Assembly: GCA_965204595.1 (NCBI GenBank)
Contig: CBDBEW010000005.1
Location: 742,565-806,564 of the forward strand
Source of the DNA: Candidatus Aldehydirespiratoraceae bacterium
GTDB lineage: Bacteria; Actinomycetota; Acidimicrobiia; Acidimicrobiales; Aldehydirespiratoraceae
Length of the DNA stretch: 64,000 nt
Direction: 5' to 3'
This document shows, in pieces, positions 55,786 to 64,000 of this stretch; within the stretch, counting starts at the first letter, position 1, and every line of letters starts with the position of its first letter. The translations under genes and the position numbers were made by a program. The notes under the pieces are model-generated. The model saw nothing but the letters and a program-made list of their open reading frames with translations, did not search any database and was not told the DNA's origin.

Positions 55786-56349
55786 ATGACTGTGCCTGAG
55801 GCCCTACTGTTGACGCACGGTGCTGGCAGCGACTCCTCGCACCGCATCTTGGTGGCGTTGTCGGAGCGACTGGATTTGCCGGTGTGGCGCATGGACTTCC
55901 CATACCGCAGGCAGGGTCGCAGGTTCCCCGACCGTGCCCCGAAACTGATCGAGGCTCTGCTGGCGGAGGTTTCGGTGGCAGCTGAGACGCTCGGCGTGGA
56001 CCCCGAGGCAATGGCTTTTGGTGGGCGTTCGATGGGTGGTCGTATCTGCTCAATGGCGATAGCCCAATCAATGGCGGCGGTTGGCTTGGTGGTACTCAGC
56101 TACCCTCTGCATCCTGTTGGCAAGCCGGACCGTCTCCGTGTTGAACATTTCGGAGATTTGGCTGTACCGACGCTGTTTGTGAACGGTGACCGCGACCCCT
56201 TCGGCAGCCCAGAGGAAGTCGAGGCGCATGTCGGTGCCATTGCCGGCCCGGTCACGGTGTACTGGCTCGCCGGTCAGGGACACGACCCAGCTCCGCAGTG
56301 CGACGACGAAATCGTCGCGGTTGTGGGTAAGTTCCTTGCGTCACTGTAA
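55786..56349 (+). CDS. Alpha/beta hydrolase (KANL3/Tex30-like, dienelactone-hydrolase fold)
   Basis: 187 aa. LLTHGAGS, nucleophile elbow GGRSMGGR, and ..NGDRDPFG...GQGHD. Confidence 0.7.
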   Translation: MTVPEALLLTHGAGSDSSHRILVALSERLDLPVWRMDFPYRRQGRRFPDRAPKLIEALLAEVSVAAETLGVDPEAMAFGGRSMGGRICSMAIAQSMAAVGLVVLSYPLHPVGKPDRLRVEHFGDLAVPTLFVNGDRDPFGSPEEVEAHVGAIAGPVTVYWLAGQGHDPAPQCDDEIVAVVGKFLASL

Positions 56350-57242
56350 CCCTCCTTGCGTCAAAGCCTCTGAACAGGTGTTGGTAACTGAGAATGGTTG
56401 ATCCTCCACGATGAAGATGCGGCGGAGGGTGTCGAGATAAGTCGCCACAGTATTTCGGCTAGGCGGATCGCCGCTTCGCATCTCCGCAGCTAGTTTTGTC
56501 ATCTTGGTTTCGGTGGCGGTGTTCCTCGCCAACGTCAACATCAGTTGTCTTAACATGGTCGGGTTGTGACGCACCTCGCTAGCACTGCGAATGTCCACTC
56601 TGATGATCTCGTTCACGTAGTCTCGGGCGGACGCGAGCGCGTCTGCTTCACTCTGGTTCAGGCTCGGGGCCAACCACCACGGCAGACAGCCGAGGCGATC
56701 TGTCTCAAACCCATAGCATCGTTGGGTTGCGATGAGATGGTTTCCCCAGCTAGGAGCTTTCTCAGCGACACCGTTCCTTTGGATTCAGAGGTTTCAAACA
56801 GTGACATCGGGCGCAGCAGCACGCGACTGACGCGGCCTGTGCCGGTGTGGCGAGTTGTGTCGTCTTGTGGGGTGGTTGAGCCGGTGAGAATGAATTGGCC
56901 TGGTTCGGTTCGATCGTCGCACTCCCGCCGTACTCGGTTCCATATTTGTGGTGCGTTCTGCCATTCGTCGAGCAAGCGGGGCGTGGGGCCTTTCAGCACT
57001 TCGGTGGGATCTGAGGAGGCAAGCAGCAGGGTTGCCTCGTCGTCGAGTCGGGCTTCGCTGCGGGCGAAATGGCGTGCGAGCCATGTCTTACCGCAACCGC
57101 GAGTCCCTTCGATGAGCACAGCACCACGTCTTCTGAGCGCACTTTTGACGCTGCGGTCTTCTACACGAGGCAGGTAGCCGGGCATTGTGAGAGTTCGGTT
57201 CCTCTCGTTCATGGTATGCCCTCCTAAGGTTGTTGGTCGCAC
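56341..57242 (-). pseudogene. AAA ATPase with DUF4143-type C-terminal region, frameshifted and 3'-truncated
   Basis: ORF 57242-56658 has Walker A EGTRGCGKTW and ..LLDEWQ... It ends ..ICRGGWPRA* where ORF 56673-56341 (..SLNQSEADALASARDYVNEIIRVDI..TVATYLDTLRRIFIVEDQP) continues in another frame. The shift lies in a C4 run (tggccccgagcc). The usual last ~150 aa are absent. Confidence 0.65.
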
Positions 57243-57256
57243 TCTCAGCGTAGCAG

Positions 57257-57312
57257 CATTGCGCGTTCTGTAGATAAGTCATTGCGCGTTCTGTAGATAA
57301 GTCATTGCGCGT
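57257..57312. repeat. 2.4 x 23-bp tandem repeat immediately upstream of the ATPase pseudogene
   Basis: cattgcgcgttctgtagataagt occurs at 57257-57279 and 57280-57302, with partial cattgcgcgt at 57303-57312. It lies 15 nt from the minus-strand start at 57242. Confidence 0.9.
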
Positions 57313-57381
57313 ATCGCCGTCATAACACACTCATTATTGAAATTATGAGAATATTTTTGGATTAGGGTGGGGGAGAGGTGC

Positions 57382-58668
57382 TCACTTATTGTCGGGTGGA
57401 GGTTCGGTGCGGACGATTTTCTCAATTAGTGTAGGTTGTTCGATTGACTTGGCACCGGAACCGACTCCTAGTTTCTCGAAGCGTTGCGCTCGAGGCAATA
57501 CCCGTTGATTCAGCGATCCAACACTTTTGTTGTAGGCATCGACGGCACGGCTTAATCCTTTGCCGACACCTTCAGCGTGCTCAGCGTATACCCTCAGGCT
57601 GTCATACAAATCAGCGGCACTGTCGGCAATTTTTTGGGCGTTCTCCTGGATGTCTTGCCGCTGCCACGCTAGAGCGACCGTCTTCAGGAACGCTAGCAGC
57701 AGACCTGGTGTGGCGATCAGTACTCGGTGAGTGCGCCAAGCTTCCTCCCATAACAGCGGTCGTGCCTCCATGGCCTCGTCTAGTATTGGATCTGCCGGTA
57801 CGAACATCACCACGAAGTCAGGCGATCCTTTCACAGCGGAGGCGTAGTCGCGTCTCCCCAGAGCTTTGGCGTGACCCAGCAGTGTGTCGGCGTGCGCTTC
57901 CAGCGACTGTTTCCTAGTTTCGTAGTCCTCAGCTTCGTGCGCTGTAAGGTAGGAGTCCATTGGTGTCTTGGCATCAATGATCACCTTCACGTTGCCGGGT
58001 ATACTAACCACCGCATCGGGACGCCCTTGCCCACGCTCACTGTCGACGGTGATCTGTTCTTTATAGTCGATGTGTTCACTGAGCCCCGAGAGTTCGAGGA
58101 TGTTGCGTAGTTGCTGCTCTCCCCACTTGCCTCGCACAGACGACGACCGCAGTGCTTCGCTAAGGCTCTTGGTGGTGGTTCGTAGTTGCCCCACCTGCTC
58201 TTTCAAACTCTCATAGGCACCCCTTCGGTCCTTTTCGATTTCGCCTACTTGCTGTTCAAACTTCGCAAGGTTTTCCTTTACAGGCTTGACGAGTGCGTCG
58301 ATCGCTTGGTGGCGCTGCTCAAGGCCGGCATCATTGAGCTTTTGCTGGTCTTCAAACTGTGCTCGAGCTTGTTTGAGGAACGCTTCGCTGTTGGCCTTCG
58401 TTATGTCGTCTGCGATGCCTTTAAATTTGGTCTCTAGGTCTTGGTTCGCCTTGGCCACTTCCTCGATTCGTGCCGCGTGGTCGGCTTCAACTTTCGCGAG
58501 CGTCACCCTTGCCTCGTCACGCTCGGCAGCAACGATTTTCAGTTCCGAACGCGCCGAATCTCTCTCTTGCGTTGTGGCTGCCAAGTGCTTTGCTAGTTCT
58601 TTCAGCCTTACCTGTTGCGCGGCGATCCACCCCCCCGCAACCAACGAGCACGACCCCAGCGATGACAA
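57382..58668 (-). CDS. rmuC: DNA recombination protein RmuC
   Basis: 428 aa. Long N-terminal coiled coil, then the RmuC nuclease-like C-terminal domain (..PDAVVSIPGNVKVIIDAKTP...VVMFVPADP...VLIATPGLLLAFLKTVALAW..). A better N-terminus (METLILVIAGVVLVGCGG, TM helix, ATG 58684) lies one frame away. It would join at the G7 run (58630-58636) if the run were G6. Confidence 0.85.
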   Translation of the reverse strand: MSSLGSCSLVAGGWIAAQQVRLKELAKHLAATTQERDSARSELKIVAAERDEARVTLAKVEADHAARIEEVAKANQDLETKFKGIADDITKANSEAFLKQARAQFEDQQKLNDAGLEQRHQAIDALVKPVKENLAKFEQQVGEIEKDRRGAYESLKEQVGQLRTTTKSLSEALRSSSVRGKWGEQQLRNILELSGLSEHIDYKEQITVDSERGQGRPDAVVSIPGNVKVIIDAKTPMDSYLTAHEAEDYETRKQSLEAHADTLLGHAKALGRRDYASAVKGSPDFVVMFVPADPILDEAMEARPLLWEEAWRTHRVLIATPGLLLAFLKTVALAWQRQDIQENAQKIADSAADLYDSLRVYAEHAEGVGKGLSRAVDAYNKSVGSLNQRVLPRAQRFEKLGVGSGAKSIEQPTLIEKIVRTEPPPDNK

Positions 58669-59093
58669 GTATTAGTGTTTCCATAGCCATCACGCTAGCG
58701 ACAGGGTGTGACACTCCCGCGACAGCATTCAAACATGCGACCCTGCGGATGGTTGTTGTGCTAGACAACTCAGCGTTCACTACTCACTGCGCTGCTCTTC
58801 CATCCCCGCAAACAATCCCACACACAATCCCACCCAAGTTTCGGATTACATTTCTGCGTTTCGCATAAATCGTCTGTTGCTAATGTTTCAAAATTAAACG
58901 AATACTAGAAGAAGTCGGACTACAAGAGCAAGTTGTACATCCCGGCCGAGAAGATTTATGCCGACGGGTCTGAGGCGGAAGGTCGCGTCTCGCGCTTCAG
59001 TGCGAAGGAGCAAATCGCCCCGGTCGAATTAGGTGGTTGCCGTTTGAAATAATTTGCGGTAGTTTAAGTTTGACTTCCCCACTTTAGAAACAG

Positions 59094-62000
59094 ATGCGGG
59101 AAGTTATGTTGTTAAACCACACGGTAGCAGAACGGCGCCGTATACAGTTGAGGTCGGTGAACGCCGACGATCTGCTCAACCGGCTGATGGGGCTGGGTAT
59201 TGCCAGGGAGATGCCCGACCGCCCCGGCATCCGGCGGTCGGTGCGGGTCAACAAGATCGAGGTGGCCATCGCCGCCAAGCCCGGCGAGCGCAGCCTCCGG
59301 GCCCGCTGGCGGGAGCACGCCGACAAGATGGACTTCCGCTATCTGCTGGTGATCGACGACCCGGACCATCCTGAGAGCGTCCGCACTCTCGGACCCCGCA
59401 CGTACAACGAGCCCATACGCTCGGTTGACTGCGCCCAGTTGTCCACGGCCATCGAGGCCACAGCCCCCATGCACAACCTCGACGCGGTGAGGCATCTGGC
59501 CGGTGAGGTCATTCGGCTTGCCGGCCGGGGCAAGGTGGTTCACGGGCTGCTGACCCACCACACGCTGGAGGCTCGATTCCGCGACCACCCCGAGCGCTGG
59601 GCAGGGGCCTGCGAGGCCACCGAAGGTCTATCGGTGATCGGCGACTGGAAGACGCTGTTGGCCGGCATGGGCTATGAGATCGAGCAGCTTCCCCAGCGCG
59701 GCTACCTCGCCCGTTGCGACGGCCAGCCGGTGGCCATGGTCCACCCTTGGGCCACACCCGGCCATTTTGTCCGAGTAGACGAAATGGGACGCCCGGCTGA
59801 GGGGCTGCTTGCCTCCGACTGCCGTCGTCATGGGGCCCGCTACGGCATCATGGCGTGCCGCAACCGCTACCGGTTGTTCGACTGCGACCCCTCGGCCACC
59901 ACCGGTGAGTGGCTCGACCTCGACGCCGACCTTTTGGGCACGCAGAACCGCCCCTATCTGGCCGTGCTGGCGCCCGCCTATCTGGCCGAGGGCGGCCTGA
60001 TCGAACTACAGGCCGAGGCCAGAGCATTCGGGGCCGAACTGCGCAAGCGGCTCGACCAGACGATCCGTCAAGAGGCCCTGCCTGCGCTGGCTGAGGGGCT
60101 CGACCACTGGACTCGCCGGAACGACTTCGACGCCGCAGACGACGATGGGCGGCTGGAGTTGGAGCGGGCCGCGCTGACCCTGCCTGTTCCGGCTGCTGTT
60201 CGTGCTCTACGCCGAGAGCTCCCGTTTCCTGCCTGTGGACAACGAGACCTACCGGCGCAAGTCGCTCACAGAGTTGGTGGCTGAGGCCCACAAGACCCGA
60301 AGCAGGCTGAGCATGCGGTCGAATGCGCTCTGGAAGAGCTTCATGATCCTGGTGGGCGCCCTGCGCGACGGCAATCCGGCCTGGGGTGTGCCCGCCTACA
60401 ACGGGGCGCTGTTCGCGGCGACGGATTTCGAGGGCGCCGAGTTGCTGGAGCGCCTTGAGCTCGCTGATCCCCACTTCGCCCGAGTGCTGTTGGCTGTCGG
60501 GCGGGACTCGGCTTCGGGGCACGGTATCGACTACCTCGTCGTTGGAGGTCGGTCACTTGGGCCACATCTACGAGGCGCTGCTCAGTCTGCGTCTTTCGGT
60601 TGCCGACCGTCCGCTGCGCTACGACGCGGGCAGGGACCGCTACGTGCCCGATCAATCCCAGCCCGACGTCGTCGACGGGTCGTTGCTGTGGCTCACCAAC
60701 GAGGGGGGCCGCAAGGTGGGGGGCGTGTACTACACACCGGCCTCGCTGGTGGAGCACCTGGTGCACCACACCGTGAGGCCCGCATTCGAGGAGCATCTGG
60801 GGCGCGTGCGTGAGCGGACCATGACCGACCCGCAGCAGGCCGCGCGTGACCTGTTCGACTTCGCGGTGCTGGACCCGGCCTGTGGCAGCGCGCATTTTCT
60901 GGTTCAGGTGACCGAGGAGTTGGCGGACCAGACCGTGGCCTTCCTGGCCACCAATCCGCTCCCGGTGGTGCGCCAGGCCGTCGACCGGCTGCGTTCCCGT
61001 ACCCTCGGCGGCGCTCAGGTGACCGATGTGGCACTTCTGCGACGACTGGTGCTCAAGCACTGCGTGTTCGGTGTGGACCGCAGCCCCATGGGAGCGGAGA
61101 TCGCCACCCTGTCGCTGTGGCTGGCGTCGTTCGTGCCCGGCCTGTCGCTCGCATACCTGGACCGCAACGTGGTCGTGGGCAATTCTCTGATCGGGGTGGC
61201 CGACTCCGGTTCGGTGGTTCGGGAGGGCACGATGCAGGCCGAGTCATTGCAGACGGCCTTGGAGAGCAGTGCTGAGGCGGCCGCCCCGGCTCGCCGACAT
61301 AGACGACCTCACCCCCGCCGAGGTGAAGGCGAGCAGGGCCGCCGACTTTGAAGCCCGGCAAGCTACTGAGGGCCTGCGGCGACTGTTCGATCTTTGGACC
61401 GCGGAGGGATTCGGTCTGACAGGCGCTCGGGACCATGCCGAGACTCATGGCCCGGAGGTGATCGCCGGCGCCAATGGTAGGAACGGCCAGACTCTGGTGG
61501 GTCAAGCTGCCGCGCTGAGCGAGACTCATGCCTTTCTGCACTGGCCGCTCCAATTCCCTCGGGTGTTCTCGCGCGACCGTCCCGGCTTCGACGTGGTGGT
61601 GGGCAACCCTCCGTGGGAGGAGGTGGTGGTGGAGGAGCTGTCGCACTACGGACTGCATCTTCCCGGCCTGCACGGCTTGTCGGCCGGCGAGCGCAGCACG
61701 GCGATGGCCGAACTCAAGGTTGAGCGGCCCGAGTTGGCCGCACGTTTCAACAGCGAGCAGGAGCGTGCACAAGCGGAACGGGAGGCTTTGGCATCGGGGG
61801 AGTACGAGTCCACCAAGGGCGACCCCGACCTTTACAAGTACTTCTGCCAGCGGTATCGGGCTTTGGTGCGCGTCGGCGGTTCCATCGGGGTGGTGCTGCC
61901 CCGAGGTGCGTTCGTGAATCAGGGGTCAGAAGGATTCCGGGAGTGGCTCTTCACGCAGAACACAGCAAGACGTATCGATTTTTTGATCAACAGACGACTC

Positions 62001-63047
62001 TGGATGTTCGAAACCCATCCCCAGTATGGGGTTGCCCTGTTGTCAGCCGATCGGGGCAACGCGGACAACGTCCATCGGGTGGCGCTCGCTGCGACGGCCG
62101 ACTCGGTCGAGTCGTGGGCCGCCCAGTCTGCATCTTCTGGAATCTTGCTGGCTCCGAGTCTGTTCGGCGCGGGATGGACGACACCACGGCTCCGCTCCCA
62201 AGGCGAGGCCGACTTGCTGGCCAAACTCCGGGCCGGATCACCGTTCCCGCACGGTTCCAGGGGACGGTGGCGTTGCTTCCCGGTCCGTGAACTGGATGAG
62301 ACCAACGACAAGCGTTTGTGGCAAGATGCGGCTGATGGTTGGCCTCTGTGGAAGGGCGAGAGTTTCGACCAGTACAACCCTCATGGAGCCGAGGCCCGAG
62401 TCTGCCCAACCAGCGACGAGGTGTGGAAGAAGGTCCGCAAACCTCGTCCCGGATCGAAGTCAATGCTCAAGGAATCCACCCCTGACAAGGATCGCCGCCG
62501 AGCCGTTTTGGCCGAGTTGGACCGTGCCCGCGTGGCGTTTCGAGACGTTACCAACGCGACAAACAGTCGAACAGTGCTCTCTTGTCTGGTTCCCCCCGAA
62601 GTGTTCTTGACCAACAAAGCACCGTACCTGGCCTTCATCGATGGTGATGAGCATGCCCAAGCTGCCTGTCTTGGAATCATGAACAGCCTGCCGTTCGACT
62701 GGCAGAGTCGCCGGTTCATTGAGATCAACCTCAACTTCTTCATCCTGGAATCTCTGACCGTCCCAGACCTCGACGACGAGGACTTCGACGAGATCGCACG
62801 CGCCGCGGCCCGCCTTTCGGCCGTCGATGACCGCTACGCCGACTTCGCGGTTGCGACCGGAGTCGAGTGCGGCCCGCTGTCCGATCCTGAGCGCATGCAA
62901 CTGAGGGTAGAGATCGATGCTCGGGTGGCGCGCGCGTGGAGACTGACCGCCGACGACCTTGGGGTCATTTTCGATGACTTCACTGCCGACGCAGTACCGC
63001 CTGCCTACCGATCAGACCTCATTGACCGTCTCAGCGAGCTGGTCTGA
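59094..63047 (+). pseudogene. Large PglX / type IIG-like N6-adenine DNA methyltransferase, broken into four frames
   Basis: Collinear pieces in different frames. N-terminal domain (..RYGIMACRNRYRLFD..). LFRLLFVLYAESSRFLPVD.. from about 60195. ..SSLEVGHLGHIYEALLSL..GGVYYTPASLVEHLV..FAVLDPACGSAHFLV (motif I)..GVDRSPMGAEIATLSLW. ..FDVVVGNPPWEE (motif IV) and a C-terminal specificity region. Shifts near 60190, 60535 and 61285. Confidence 0.75.
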
Positions 63048-64000
63048 TGCCCGGCCGCCCCTAATCTGCTCGACAATCTCGGCGACGGCACCCTCCATGC
63101 CGACGCGCTCACCTACCTGCTCGACGACATCGCCTCACGCCACGGCTCTCCATCGCCACCGGCTACGTGAATCTCGGCGGAATCCATCATGTCGCAACCG
63201 CAGTAGCGACGAACGCGCGGTACGCGTGCTGCTGGGGGTGGCGCCCGCGCCGGGGCTGGGCATCGAGGTACCCGTCTCCCGCTTCGAACTGGCGCTGCAG
63301 GGGCTCGGGCTGACCGTGACCTCTCGCGCTTCCCTCCCAGCCGCGCTGCCGCCAAGCTCGCCGACCTCGACGTTTGGCTCGACCGGCCCGAAGTGCAGGT
63401 GCGGCGCTACACCGACCGGTTCCTACACGGCAAGGCCTACTTGTTCGGCAGCCAGGACGACGCCCGGGCTGCGCTGGTCACGTCGGCCAACCTCACCGGA
63501 GCCGGCCTGTTCTCCAACCTGGAACTGGGGCTGGTCCAGTACGACCCTCCGGTGGCTCAGCAGGCCGTGGCCTGGTTCGACCATCTGTGGGAGCAGGCCC
63601 GAGACTTCAAACCAGATCTTCAGGGGCTGCTCTTCCCAGACGTCGGACTGCTCAGTCCTCGCGACATATACCTGCGTGCGCTGCTGGAACTTCTGGGCCA
63701 CCAAGACGATGTGCCCGAAGGCCCGACCCCTAGCGCAGTGGAGTTGACCGGCTTCCAGCGCGACGGCTTCGCGCGTGCACTGCGGGTCATCGAGGCGCAT
63801 TCACGGAGTCGTCTATGCCGACGGCGTGGGCACCGGCAAGACCGAGATCGGCCTCGCCCTGATCGAGGAGTACGCCAGCGCCGCGGCCTCCACGCCTTAG
63901 TGGTGGCACCGGCCCAATTGGTGAGCTACTGGCGGGAGCGCTTGGACCAGACCCGCCTGCCCGCCCAGGTCATCAGCTACCATCAGCTTGCCGCCGACGA
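63047..64000 (+). pseudogene. PLD-nuclease / SNF2-type helicase fusion, multiply frameshifted (3' end outside window)
   Basis: ATG overlaps the methyltransferase stop. Readable pieces lie in alternating frames: NLLDNLGDGTLHADALTYLLDDI, SIATGYVNLGG, VRVLLGVAPAPG, RRYTDRFLHGKAYLFGSQDDARAALVTSANLTGAGL (PLD HxK..SANLT), ELTGFQRDGF, GVVYADGVGTGKTEIGLALIEEY (helicase motif I), LVVAPAQLVSYWRERL. Confidence 0.65.

Overview
High-GC (about 60%) bacterial chromosomal window. It looks actinobacterial or Chloroflexi-like: SLH-domain envelope proteins, an MMPL transporter, frequent GTG/TTG starts. Ordinary blocks are two choline-sulfatase paralogues, an L-fucose-type ABC sugar-uptake cluster with FucU, a GntR regulator and an aldo/keto reductase, GabD, and RmuC. 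These are interleaved with a large, partly decayed defence and mobile-element island.

The centrepiece is a minus-strand operon (31641 down to 18897). It opens with an SspABCD-type DNA phosphorothioation (PT) module: cysteine desulfurase, DUF4007 protein, large P-loop ATPase, PAPS-reductase-like protein. It then runs without gaps into five lower-GC genes: a 455-aa unknown, a GIY-YIG nuclease, a DGQHR/DndB-like protein, an SNF2 helicase and a frameshifted HNH endonuclease.

sspC is split inside an 18-nt poly-C tract. A second tract (C16 on the coding strand) sits 17 nt upstream of a secreted beta-propeller repeat gene.

The operon's 3' end (SNF2 tail, HNH, AT-rich leader, small membrane coiled-coil gene) appears to have been copied three more times between the two sulfatase paralogues. 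These copies carry 0, 1 or 2 units of a 33-bp in-frame repeat. They are mixed with vapBC copies in three states of decay, an ISL3 remnant, a degenerate IS3 and a pncA remnant.

Other notable content:
- a GPP34-cytochrome P450 fusion next to an MMPL transporter
- a LanM with a CCG zinc motif and a proline-rich candidate precursor
- an IS1182-like element cutting a DUF262 gene
- a PglX/type IIG-like adenine methyltransferase plus a PLD-helicase, both broken by many frameshifts

Many disruptions are indels at C/G runs, so assembly error versus real decay or phase variation cannot be settled from the sequence. The in-frame nonsense codons (vapC, IS3, IS1182, pncA) argue that at least part of the decay is real. 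No rRNA, tRNA or CRISPR array was found.
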